From: a virus
Lineage: Duplodnaviria > Caudoviricetes
Length of the DNA: 64,000 nt
Strand: one strand, 5' to 3'
IMG/VR virus record: IMGVR_UViG_2731957907_000001
Coordinates: 13,073-77,072 of that record
Shown: positions 46,498 to 55,300 of the stretch, in pieces
Layout of the letters: the number at the start of each line of letters is the position of its first letter
Position numbering within the stretch: the stretch's first letter is position 1
The notes under the pieces: generated by a model
The model's database searches: none
What the model saw: only the letters and a program-made list of their open reading frames with translations
Told to the model about the DNA's origin: nothing
Translations under genes and position numbers: made by a program

Positions 46498-47380
46498 GCA
46501 ATCCCCGCGGCGAGAGCTCGTATTCACAGCCAGCCAGGAAAGCTGGGAGCGCATAGACCAGGTGATGGCGCTGCAGGGTCATCACCAATATAGCCTGACG
46601 GTGGCGCGGGGCTTTGCCCTGGTGCAGTGGGTACTGGAGCAGCAAGCCGCCGGCCGGGTCATTGGCGCTATGGACAGTCCGAGCGCTGACTTTCTGCCTT
46701 TGACCGAAAGGCCCGAACTGCTGGCACCCCGGCCCAGGATGCAGATAGTCCCAGATCAGCCGACAAGCGCTACTGAGGCCTCTACTCAGTCCGAACGTAC
46801 CGTTGATGCCCAGGGCGAGCCGGCTGCGGCCTCACCTCTGGCAGCACTCAAACGGCTCGAGTCATCGGCATCGCGCCAAGACTATGAGCAATGCACTCAG
46901 GCCGCTAAAAAGGGTTCGAAGAACGCCCCGCTGCAGAAGGCCAAGAAGTTGATCATCCCTCGGCGGAAAGCGAAGGTCGACATTCGACCGACTTGTCCTG
47001 GGCGCAGTCCAATACGTTCGCTTGAAGCAGCCCGCGCTGAGGCGTGTGCAAATGAAACGCCGGACCCGATCGAACATGACGGCAAGCCTTTGCCGTGGAA
47101 TCTGGAGCATAAGTACATGGCGTCTCTCCTGGAAGGCAAGCAAGTACCAGAGGCGACACACTTTCAGATTGAGGGGCCTGGTTATGTAGGTATCTATGCC
47201 CACCGCCCCAAAAAGGACTGGTGCTTTTGGGACCCCTTCAGCCGCTGCTGGCGTCCGGACATGAAGGCCCGGGAGGGGATGGTGTGCCTGTACAGCATCC
47301 AAGCGGCTATAGACTACCTGCAGGTCAAAGCCAAGGAGACGCCACCAGAGCCCGAGGTCTATGACGAGGTGATGTATTGA
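46484..47380 (+). CDS. Hypothetical protein, N-terminal RHH-like segment
   Basis: 298-aa ORF coupled to neighbours. Confidence 0.65.
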   Translation: MSALEQSPRRELVFTASQESWERIDQVMALQGHHQYSLTVARGFALVQWVLEQQAAGRVIGAMDSPSADFLPLTERPELLAPRPRMQIVPDQPTSATEASTQSERTVDAQGEPAAASPLAALKRLESSASRQDYEQCTQAAKKGSKNAPLQKAKKLIIPRRKAKVDIRPTCPGRSPIRSLEAARAEACANETPDPIEHDGKPLPWNLEHKYMASLLEGKQVPEATHFQIEGPGYVGIYAHRPKKDWCFWDPFSRCWRPDMKAREGMVCLYSIQAAIDYLQVKAKETPPEPEVYDEVMY

Positions 47381-47565
47381 TGATCAATGAAGCGGCAGTA
47401 CCCATCCGACGCTTGAGCCAGGATGAAGTCAGGCAGGCAGGACCAGAACTGGCCAAGTCCGGATTCGTCACTGGTGATGCGCACGATGCGACGGTGGCTG
47501 TCCTGCTCGAGCAAATCGCAGTGCTCAGGCAGAACCCAACAAGGCCCCGCGCTGAGGACGACTAG
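47377..47565 (+). CDS. Small hypothetical protein
   Basis: Overlapping start, GAGG SD. Confidence 0.45.
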   Translation: MMINEAAVPIRRLSQDEVRQAGPELAKSGFVTGDAHDATVAVLLEQIAVLRQNPTRPRAEDD

Positions 47566-47714
47566 GCGCCCAAAGCACCAAAAGCACCAAAAGCACCAAA
47601 ATCACCAAAATCACCAAAAGCATCTTAATGCCCGGCACGCCGGGCATTTTCATATCCAGCACAAAGCCATGTACAGGCGCTAAAAGCACTATGGCGCGAT
47701 AGTGCTTGGGCACT
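47562..47714. repeat. 9-bp-period arrays
   Basis: AGGCGCCCA then AAGCACCAA x3, AATCACCAA x2; second block AGGCGCTAA AAGCACTAT GGCGCGATA. Confidence 0.75.
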
Positions 47715-47859
47715 GCGCAATGATGATCGGTACCGTGAGAGTAGCCGAGGGCGGCGGCGGGAAGGCCGCGGATAATCTCTCGGCTACACCAGAAAGACCA
47801 GATAGCGCCAGGTAGATTGCAAGGAAAATGGCCGTACAGCGGGGGTAACGTTTGCTCAT
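47689..47859 (-). CDS. Possible 56-aa membrane peptide
   Basis: MSKRYPRCTAIFLAIYLALSGLSGV...; below ORF-track cutoff; weak SD. Confidence 0.35.
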   Translation of the reverse strand: MSKRYPRCTAIFLAIYLALSGLSGVAERLSAAFPPPPSATLTVPIIIAQCPSTIAP

Positions 47860-48196
47860 GTGAGTGTCCAGATAGTTTATCGAACACCTATTTAGTGATC
47901 GCGCATTTCTGGTATCGCGTTAGCGCTTACAGCCCACCAGCGGTGCGCTAATGCGTCTGATGGTAGGCCTGCTAGCACTGCGGTGCGGCTAACAAAGCAG
48001 GCGCTCGCTTGACGATATATCGAAACCGATATAATCTCGCTGTGCGGCATCGGAATCTTTCCGGTCGCTTGGGGAGAAATCGGTACACACATCAGTACCG
48101 TCGGAAAGTGGATACCACATCGGTATCCCAGAGGCAGAGAGAGGAAAGCACCGATGAACAACTGCAACGCAGAACTAAATTCAAGGAATTATCTCC

Positions 48197-48523
48197 ATGT
48201 TCGACGAACCGAAGGCAATTGTGTGGGTGGGTACCAGTAAGGAAGACCTGCGGGAATTTCCACCCGTGGCCCGGCAGCGGGCAGGCTATCAGCTGGAGCT
48301 GATCCAGGACGGTGATGAACCTGCCGACTGGAAGCCAATGGAGAGTGTAGGTAAAGGGGTGCGTGAGATTCGCATCAAATGTAAGGACGGGGCGTTTCGC
48401 GTGTTTTATGTGGTCAACCGGCCGGATGCAGTTTATGTACTGCATGCCTTCCGCAAGACTACAGAAAAGACGGAAGGGCGCGACATTGAGCTGGGCCGAG
48501 CTCGGTTCAAGTCGCTGGACTGA
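48197..48523 (+). CDS. RelE/ParE superfamily (HigB-like) toxin
   Basis: W.G.S..DL..FP..AR..AGYQL...Q.G..P.DWKPM..VG.GV.EIRI....GAFRV.YV......YVLHAF.K.T.KT. Confidence 0.9.
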   Translation: MFDEPKAIVWVGTSKEDLREFPPVARQRAGYQLELIQDGDEPADWKPMESVGKGVREIRIKCKDGAFRVFYVVNRPDAVYVLHAFRKTTEKTEGRDIELGRARFKSLD

Positions 48524-48651
48524 TGTAAAAATACACCCCATGCCTTAAAAAGCATGGGTTCAAGGTTGTCCCCCCACCTGCAAGCGGGGGGACAACCGTT
48601 CGAGTCCGACTCGATTACTTCTCTAAATTACTGTTGTACTGAGGAAATTTA

Positions 48652-48939
48652 ATGATGGCAAACGAACGCTCTATCTCTGTGTGGGATGCGTTGGTTGACT
48701 CGCCAGAAGAAGCCGAGAACCTCCGGCTGCGCTCGAAGCTGATGCGCGTACTGACCAAGGTCGTCAAATCTTGGGATCTGCCGCAAAAAGAAGCGGCACG
48801 ACAGCTGCACGTTACTCAGCCTCGCTTGAGTGAACTGCTGAATGGGAAAATCGACAAGTTTTCCTTGGACGCCCTGGTGAACTTGCTGGCCAGCGCTGAT
48901 TTGGAAATTGAAATCAAAGTGAAGAAAAAAGCTGCCTGA
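48652..48939 (+). CDS. XRE-HTH antitoxin (HigA-like)
   Basis: SVWDAL.D.PEEAENL.LRS.LM...Q.EAA..L.VTQPR.S.L..GKI.KFSLDALV. Confidence 0.9.
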   Translation: MMANERSISVWDALVDSPEEAENLRLRSKLMRVLTKVVKSWDLPQKEAARQLHVTQPRLSELLNGKIDKFSLDALVNLLASADLEIEIKVKKKAA

Positions 48940-49057
48940 TCGAGGTAGCGAACACCTACAGGGCTGGCCTCATGGGCTGGCCTTTTTCATTGCTGCAGCT
49001 CTTACGCAAGGCAGCGCCTGGAACCAACCAATCGTTTCGGCTTGCCTAAGGTAATCC

Positions 49058-49100
49058 ATTAAGCGCCAATAGCACTAAGGTGCCATTGGCACCAACACGC
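49058..49100. repeat. 9-bp-period array
   Basis: AAGCGCCAA TAGCACTAA GGTGCCATT GGCACCAAC. Confidence 0.6.
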
Positions 49101-49329
49101 CCACACGATTACTTTGTACCACCAGGTCGTTGCCCAGATGCATGAGCTGCACATGAGGTCCGACAGTTGGATGCTTGGTCCGCCGTACTGTACCTGCTGT
49201 TCAGCAAGCCTCAAGGCGGATCACGGTAACTGATGATTCGTCAATACCTTTTGGGTTCGACGGCAATGATTATGCTGTGCCATCATTCTGATCTTGCTTA
49301 ATCAAGCAAATCAGCCAAGGAGAATGCTA

Positions 49330-49668
49330 ATGCAAGTAAAAAATCACGTGCAATTCGACCGGGTCGTCATTGCCACCATGGGCTATCTAGCCGAGCACTT
49401 TCCCAGACCGGTGGATTTAGAGTTCGATAAGCTAGGAGTGGTTCCTGGGCCTGCATTCAAGAATTCAGCGGGAGCCAGTGACGTACAAACAGAGCACTTT
49501 CCGAAGCACCTCTTTGCGTGCGATTGCGTGCGATTTCTGATCGCTGAAGGTTATGTCACTGGTGAGGTGAAATACGCATGGTGTGCAAGCGTTTGCCTCA
49601 CGTCTAAAGGTTTGGATCTCATCAAGGCCCGTTTGAGCAGCCTAACTCCAGATTTTTATTTAGCCTGA
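49330..49668 (+). CDS. Hypothetical winged-helix-like protein
   Basis: FD......GYL.E.FP; FL..EGYV; LTSKGL; AAGGAG SD. Confidence 0.65.
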   Translation: MQVKNHVQFDRVVIATMGYLAEHFPRPVDLEFDKLGVVPGPAFKNSAGASDVQTEHFPKHLFACDCVRFLIAEGYVTGEVKYAWCASVCLTSKGLDLIKARLSSLTPDFYLA

Positions 49669-49755
49669 AATCTGTGGATCTCCGCCCGCTGACCGATGAC
49701 GAACCTTCCTGGGTTGAGCGACGCGTTGGGTCCCCCTTCCCATGGAGCGTAACCC

Positions 49756-50049
49756 ATGCCTGAGCTTCAACGTGACCCAGCCCCAAGTCTGCGCGCGATC
49801 CGTGCTTTGCGTTTGCCTGACCTGTACCGCGAACAGGCCGAAAACTTGCTGCGCAACATCTTTCTAGCCCACGAAGCAGGTCGAGCTGGCGACGCTGATG
49901 CTCCTGGCTTAGTGCGTGAATCGAAAGGGCGTGGAACGGGCTTTGCTCTCGGTCTGCTGGTAGGCAAGCGGATCGACCCAAATGCTGCTGCTCGCCTCTC
50001 TGAGATATTCCGAGCTGCAGCCGATGACGAACAGGTGGCGAGCGATTGA
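49756..50049 (+). CDS. Small helical hypothetical protein
   Basis: GGAG SD; GTGFALGLL motif. Confidence 0.65.
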   Translation: MPELQRDPAPSLRAIRALRLPDLYREQAENLLRNIFLAHEAGRAGDADAPGLVRESKGRGTGFALGLLVGKRIDPNAAARLSEIFRAAADDEQVASD

Positions 50050-50088
50050 GGGGTAACCCCTCAAACACATCGAGAAGGACACTCAGGC

Positions 50089-50619
50089 ATGACCGATTTT
50101 GATGATCCTATGATCGCTTTCGAACAAACGCGTGCGGCTGAGCTGGCCGAATTTTACCGCGGCCTTGCCTTGTTGAGCGAGGTGACCACTCTAGATGACC
50201 TACGCGCACATGAGAGTTCGCTACGTATGCGCCTGATGGAAATGTTGCCGGAGTTGATCAGCGGACCGGAAGCACAGGCTTTTCAATATCATTTGAACGC
50301 CATGCTCCACAGCTGCGCATGCGCGCTTGGCGAGGGAACAAGAGCCTATCCCAACCCCAAAGACCTGATTCAAGTTGAGCAAGATGCGCCCCAGTTACTG
50401 CTGCAGGTGCGCTCCAAAATTGAATTAGGGGCTGAGACAATTCGACGGTCATATCTCAAGGAGGAGTGGCATGGGGTGGGTGATCGAACGTGGGAGGTGG
50501 CAAGCTTCAGCGGTTATCTGCTGGGCCTGCATGAGCATAAGCTGCTGAGTACTGACCAATTGCACGTGCTGAGCAAAGAATGGGACTTGGCCCGCGCTGC
50601 TGCTGCGGAAGCTGTCTGA
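50089..50619 (+). CDS. Helical hypothetical protein
   Basis: AAGGA SD; SGYLLGL motif. Confidence 0.65.
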   Translation: MTDFDDPMIAFEQTRAAELAEFYRGLALLSEVTTLDDLRAHESSLRMRLMEMLPELISGPEAQAFQYHLNAMLHSCACALGEGTRAYPNPKDLIQVEQDAPQLLLQVRSKIELGAETIRRSYLKEEWHGVGDRTWEVASFSGYLLGLHEHKLLSTDQLHVLSKEWDLARAAAAEAV

Positions 50620-50939
50620 TGAGCAGCGCGGCGCTATCTTATCGCGGGCAGGCCAACCTAACGTTGACCTATGGCGCGACACCCGGGCTCGGTCGTATCT
50701 CTGAACGCCCGAGCATAGAGGTGGTGGTGAGCAGGCCATCACAAGGCGCGCCGGTTTCGGTGCTACTCGACCGCCACCTGGGAGCTGCCATGCTGCTGGC
50801 CCCAGGTGTTACGCACGTGTCTCTAGTTCTGCCCAATGGCAGCGTACTGGCCGGAGCGGTGCAAGAAATTTCAGAGAGCGGTGACTACTTTGAGATTTGC
50901 GCAGTGTCGCATGCGACACAGGGGATTCATGATGACTGA
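50619..50939 (+). CDS. Hypothetical protein
   Basis: TGATG coupling. Confidence 0.6.
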   Translation: MSSAALSYRGQANLTLTYGATPGLGRISERPSIEVVVSRPSQGAPVSVLLDRHLGAAMLLAPGVTHVSLVLPNGSVLAGAVQEISESGDYFEICAVSHATQGIHDD

Positions 50940-51186
50940 CATCGATGAGTTCATATCAGGGGTCATCTTACCGCCGGCCTTCCATGCGGTGCTGCGCCGC
51001 ACCCTAACCAAAATCGAAGTGGCTGGAAGCGCAGATGGGTGTTCTATAGCGCAGGCGCGTGCTGAGGGGATGGTCGAAGCCTTGGAATTGCTCAAGGCGT
51101 TGGAGCCTGCCCATATCGAAGCGCTGTATTTGCTAATCGATCAGATCGCCACGTGGCGCCTACTGGAACTGAAAGCTGACCAATGA
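50929..51186 (+). CDS. Small helical hypothetical protein
   Basis: AGGGGA SD; RAEGMVEALE motif. Confidence 0.65.
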   Translation: MMTDIDEFISGVILPPAFHAVLRRTLTKIEVAGSADGCSIAQARAEGMVEALELLKALEPAHIEALYLLIDQIATWRLLELKADQ

Positions 51187-51469
51187 CTGCCCGCTTTTTC
51201 ACTGAGAAACCTGCTATCAGCGCTGAAGGCCTGTGGAACTTTTTCGTGGAACAATCAAGGTTCACTAAAATTATTGATGCTTCTTCGTATGGCGGTCAAA
51301 AGTCATGTAACTCGGCTGCAGGCCAGGCAGAGCTTGGAGCCCAGAGCCTGAAGTGATGGCCTGGGCTGGCTGACCAAGGGTCAGATTCTGTGCATCCCCA
51401 TGATCGTGGGTGACATACCCCCTAGTCACAAATGGTATTCTCCAACTGGTCAGGTAACCATGCAGGCAC

Positions 51470-51545
51470 AAAAAAACCGCCTTGGAAGGGCGGTTTTTTT
51501 CCCAAGCGATTGGAGGTCGCCTGAGGACATGATGAAACGTTCGAC
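51470..51545 (-). ncRNA. Putative type I antitoxin sRNA (~76 nt)
   Basis: Promoter TTGCGC-17-TATAGT upstream, 5' end complementary to 51937-51958, internal hairpin, intrinsic terminator CCGCC-CTTCCAA-GGCGG-T7. Confidence 0.72.
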
Positions 51546-51551
51546 GGATCC

Positions 51552-51580
51552 ACTATAGCGACGCCTATAGTGCTGCGCAA
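51552..51580 (-). promoter_or_regulatory. Sigma70 promoter of the sRNA
   Basis: TTGCGC (51580-51575), 17 nt, TATAGT (51557-51552). Confidence 0.65.
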
Positions 51581-52037
51581 TGGCCCCGGGAAACCTTGGG
51601 CGTTGCTCAAATATGATGCCCGGTAGCTTAGACGCTTCATTGAAAATCCTCGGCAATTGCCGGGGAGATCAAGGGGAGGGGTGCCAACCTTCACAAAAGC
51701 GCGTGGATCCGGGCACTTAGCTGCAATTTCCAATCAGATTGGAAAATCCAAATGGTTTGGACGGCAAAATATTTACTTATGTAAACACTCAATTACCGTT
51801 CGTCGGATAACCCATGCGCATCACCGTAAAAGCAACAAATCGGCGCTAGGTAAGGTGCCCGATCAGTGGTATTAGTATGCCAGGCCCCTCAACCGCGGGT
51901 GGAACCGTGCCGGGAATGGGTCATAAATCGAATCTTGGACATGATGAAACGTTCGACGACCTTTCATCATAACGCCAGCCATCAAGCCCGGATAAGGTGG
52001 TGGGTGTCCTCGGTTCTCACATGGAGAACCACCTCTT

Positions 52038-52166
52038 ATGAGTTGGAAAACTTCGCTTCGCCAAGTGTGGCGCGGCCTGTGTGCGCTCGCCAGCGTGTTT
52101 AGCGTTGCCCGGTTGTTTAGCGGCATCCTGGACATGCTTGATCGCCTCGACCGCTTCACCTGGTAA
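52038..52166 (+). CDS. Putative type I toxin, 42-aa amphipathic peptide
   Basis: MSWKTSLRQVWRGLCALASVFSVARLFSGILDMLDRLDRFTW; GGAG SD locked in hairpin GGTTCTC/GAGAACC; terminator downstream. Confidence 0.65.
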   Translation: MSWKTSLRQVWRGLCALASVFSVARLFSGILDMLDRLDRFTW

Positions 52167-52250
52167 TGCAGAGCGCCTGTAGTGCGCAGCCAGGTCAGGT
52201 CCATTGCCTGGCCAACCTGACCAAGCCGCAATGATTCACGCATTGCTTAT

Positions 52251-52276
52251 GAGCCCGCCCAGTGCGGGCTTTTTTG
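52251..52276 (+). terminator. Intrinsic terminator
   Basis: AGCCCGC-CCAGT-GCGGGCT followed by T run. Confidence 0.8.
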
Positions 52277-52458
52277 TACCTGCCCCACTCAAACCTGCCC
52301 CACACTTTTGACAGCTTGTCGCTTGTAGCTTGGTTTATTTCAGGGTTTAAACGGCTTAGACTTTCAAATATCACACAAATATTACTATTTTAGTGACTGC
52401 GGTTTTGGTTGCTGGTACAGTGCCATCAATTGGCTATAACTGCACGGCAGATCAAGGC

Positions 52459-53145
52459 ATGACGAACGCAGGGAACGTCGTAGACATCGGTGAATTGCGG
52501 CTTTCACGTCAGAAAGACGACTACCGCCGGCGTCAAGAAGGGTGCCAGCACAAGCACCTGGAAATGGATGAAGTGGGCGAAACGGTGCACTGCCTGGACT
52601 GTAAAGTCCAAGTGTCCTCGTACTGGGCGCTTAACATGTTGCGTGATCAGTGGGCGACAGCATCCCGCAACCTCAAAGCGCGGCTGTCCGAGCTGGAGAA
52701 GGATCGAGCATCGGTCCTGCACCTGAAAGCCGCGAAAGCAGTAGAAGCTGCCTGGCGATCGCCCAAGTACGCCCCTGCGTGTCCACATTGCCGGCGCGGG
52801 ATACTCCTGGAAGATGGATTCGGATCGGCCCGTGTCAGCAAGGACTTCGAAAAAGGCCTGCGGGTGCGGGAGAAACTGGATAACCAGAAGCTGACGCCCG
52901 TGCGCCGCCCTGAGCCGCCACCTGCCAGAAAGCGCGGCAAGACAGGCAAGCCCCTGCCCAAGTGGGAAAACGCACCCGCGTGGGCCCTGTGGCTCATCCA
53001 GGACCCCGCTACGGGGACCCTGCAATGGGCAAGCGAACTGCAAAACAACCTCCCTGCCGGTCAAGTCGAGTTCGCCGGTACCTACCCATTGGGGGAAACC
53101 CCTATTCAGCAAGCCCGGCCTACAGCCGGCGGAGTCGCGCAATGA
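52459..53145 (+). CDS. Zinc-binding hypothetical protein
   Basis: CQH, CLDC and CPHC motifs. Confidence 0.7.
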   Translation: MTNAGNVVDIGELRLSRQKDDYRRRQEGCQHKHLEMDEVGETVHCLDCKVQVSSYWALNMLRDQWATASRNLKARLSELEKDRASVLHLKAAKAVEAAWRSPKYAPACPHCRRGILLEDGFGSARVSKDFEKGLRVREKLDNQKLTPVRRPEPPPARKRGKTGKPLPKWENAPAWALWLIQDPATGTLQWASELQNNLPAGQVEFAGTYPLGETPIQQARPTAGGVAQ

Positions 53146-53609
53146 ATCCAATCGCAAAAGATGCTCTCAAGCGTGCCCGCCAGGCGCTGCCCACCTCTGT
53201 GCTCGAGGAGCCAGCCCACCGCGATGCGCCCGCCGCTACCCCGTCCGCTCAAGCACCTATCCCCCCGAAAGAAGAAGCGACCATGCAGATCGTTACAGCG
53301 ACTCCCCAGAACAAGCCCGCAAAGCTGACTGGTCCGTACACCTCCCGCAACGCTGACAAGTTCGTTGTGCGGCTGACGGATGGCTTGCGTGACCGTATCC
53401 AGGGTTACAGCCGCCGCCAGCTCTGCAGCATGAATAGCTTCATCGTCAGGGCTGTGCTGAAAGAGGTTGAGCGCTTGGACAGACTGGAGGGCGTAGAGCC
53501 CCTGGAGCACAACCTGCAGCTAGCAGAGCTCGAGGTAAGCGGTGACTCCATGGAAAGCATTGTGGAGCGCCTTGAGGCTGCCGTGGCTCGCCTGGAGCGC
53601 GCCCAGTGA
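53142..53609 (+). CDS. Arc family (RHH) DNA-binding protein
   Basis: SRNADKFVVRL.DGLRDRI......CSMNSFIV. Confidence 0.85.
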   Translation: MNPIAKDALKRARQALPTSVLEEPAHRDAPAATPSAQAPIPPKEEATMQIVTATPQNKPAKLTGPYTSRNADKFVVRLTDGLRDRIQGYSRRQLCSMNSFIVRAVLKEVERLDRLEGVEPLEHNLQLAELEVSGDSMESIVERLEAAVARLERAQ

Positions 53610-54706
53610 CACAGACGCAGCACCGTATTCTGGTGGGCGACTGCATTGCCATGATGCGGACCCTGCCGGATCAATCAGTGCATGCCTGTATCACCAGCCC
53701 ACCCTATTTCGGGCTGCGCGACTATGGCGTCGACGGCCAAATCGGGCTGGAGGCCTCTCCGCGCGAATTCATCGACAACCTAGTCGCCGTATTCCGTGAG
53801 GTCAGGCGTGTGCTGCGCGACGACGGCACGCTGTGGGTCAACCTGGGCGACAGCTACGCTTCGGTCGCGGGCGGGTATGCACCCGAGGGATCAGCAGGCA
53901 AGCACGACACGGTTTCCAAAGCCACCCGCGGCGCAGTGCTGCGCGGTCGGCGTCGTTCGCCACCTGACGGCCTCAAGCAAAAAGACCTCATGGGCATGCC
54001 GTGGCGCCTGGCGATCGCGTTGCAGGACGATGGCTGGTATCTGCGCCAAGACATCATCTGGCACAAGCCCAATCCGATGCCCGAGTCGATCAAGGACCGG
54101 TGCACAAAGGCTCATGAGTACCTGTTCCTTCTGAGCAAAAGCCCGCGCTACTACTTCGACCAGGCAGCCATCCGTGAACCAGCAGCAGCCAGCTCGGTTG
54201 CCCGATGGAGTCAGGATGTTGCCAACCAGGCCGGGAGCAATCGCCAGCCTGGCAAAACAAACGGTGCGATGAAGGCCGTGGGCGGTAGCAGGCGCAACAG
54301 TTTCGCCCGCAACACAAAGTATACGGAGGGTGAGCATGGCCAGACTGGTCAGCACCGCGCCGATCGAGCCGACATTGCTTATGACGAATCCCGAAACAAA
54401 CGCAGCGTATGGACGGTGGCCACCGCCAGCTTCAAGGGTGCCCATTTCGCTACTTTTCCGCCGGATCTGATCAGACCGTGCGTGCTGGCCAGCGCTCCGC
54501 GGGGTGGGCTGATCCTTGATCCATTCGGCGGTGCTGGCACTACAGCCCTGGTCGCTATGCAGGAAGGCCGGCAGTCGGTCATCTGTGAGTTGAATCCAGA
54601 GTACGCAGCAATTGCCCGTAAGCGCCTGGATGTGGCGTGGATCGAAGGCGCTGCGCAGATGGATCTTCTTCTGGACAAAATCTCATCACCGAGAGCATCA
54701 GCATGA
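53606..54706 (+). CDS. Site-specific DNA methyltransferase (N4-C/N6-A, beta class)
   Basis: ITSPPYFGLRDY, DIIWHKPNPMPES, HFATFP, LDPFGGAGTT. Confidence 0.93.
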   Translation: MTQTQHRILVGDCIAMMRTLPDQSVHACITSPPYFGLRDYGVDGQIGLEASPREFIDNLVAVFREVRRVLRDDGTLWVNLGDSYASVAGGYAPEGSAGKHDTVSKATRGAVLRGRRRSPPDGLKQKDLMGMPWRLAIALQDDGWYLRQDIIWHKPNPMPESIKDRCTKAHEYLFLLSKSPRYYFDQAAIREPAAASSVARWSQDVANQAGSNRQPGKTNGAMKAVGGSRRNSFARNTKYTEGEHGQTGQHRADRADIAYDESRNKRSVWTVATASFKGAHFATFPPDLIRPCVLASAPRGGLILDPFGGAGTTALVAMQEGRQSVICELNPEYAAIARKRLDVAWIEGAAQMDLLLDKISSPRASA

Positions 54707-55251
54707 AGCCACGTATCGAAAAGAAGCTCAGCAAGAAGCTGGCGCTGCTGCTGGCCGGCACCAGGGAGTACTCAGGCATCTGGGTCGATGACGAGTTCTA
54801 CCGTCACCCGCTGTATCCGTCTGTTAAGTCTGGTGGCGTCCTCACAGCCCGGCAGGTCCGCTACAACCGCGAAAGCCGGGTATCCGTGAACCACGTGCAC
54901 AGCATTGGCGGCGAGGCGGATTACTGGGGCGAGGGCACTGACCACTACACCGTGCATGAGCTCTACCAGCGCGGCCTGTACGAAGAACTGCTGTACACCA
55001 ACGAATTCTGCTCTGATCAGCGCCAGTGGGCCGGTAAAGGTACGCCAGACCATAACGCGTGGCTGATCGTTGAGAAAACCCACATAGCGACTGTTCGGCG
55101 CCGGTATCGCCGCTTGCGCCACGGTAAAAACCTGCTGAAGCACGCCCGCCGCGAAGGCGAGTTTCTGCGCGCGAAGGATGCACTTCGAGCCCTGGAATTG
55201 GCCAAATTCCGAGCTAAACGCCAGCAAGAAGCCGCAGCCCGCACCGCCTGA
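54703..55251 (+). CDS. Hypothetical phage protein
   Basis: ATGA overlap; MKPRIEKKLSK.L...GGE.DYWGEG.D. Confidence 0.7.
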   Translation: MKPRIEKKLSKKLALLLAGTREYSGIWVDDEFYRHPLYPSVKSGGVLTARQVRYNRESRVSVNHVHSIGGEADYWGEGTDHYTVHELYQRGLYEELLYTNEFCSDQRQWAGKGTPDHNAWLIVEKTHIATVRRRYRRLRHGKNLLKHARREGEFLRAKDALRALELAKFRAKRQQEAAARTA

Positions 55252-55300
55252 CCCATATCCCGACCACGCCGCTCCAGTGCGGCACCATTGAGTAGACGAC

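Noticed and set aside
47562-47628. Tandem repeats as a CRISPR array
   Set aside because: 9-nt units with no unique spacers and no cas genes; they belong to the dispersed nonamer family
48586-48615. GTTCGAGTC resembling a tRNA T-loop
   Set aside because: Flanks do not form a T-stem or cloverleaf; no tRNA was recognised in the window
51525-51958. 22-nt repeat as CRISPR repeat, att duplication or retron/DGR element
   Set aside because: Only two copies 412 nt apart, no reverse transcriptase or recombinase nearby; promoter and terminator geometry fits an sRNA-target pair better
53606-54706. Methyltransferase as part of a restriction-modification system
   Set aside because: No adjacent endonuclease; typical orphan phage methyltransferase
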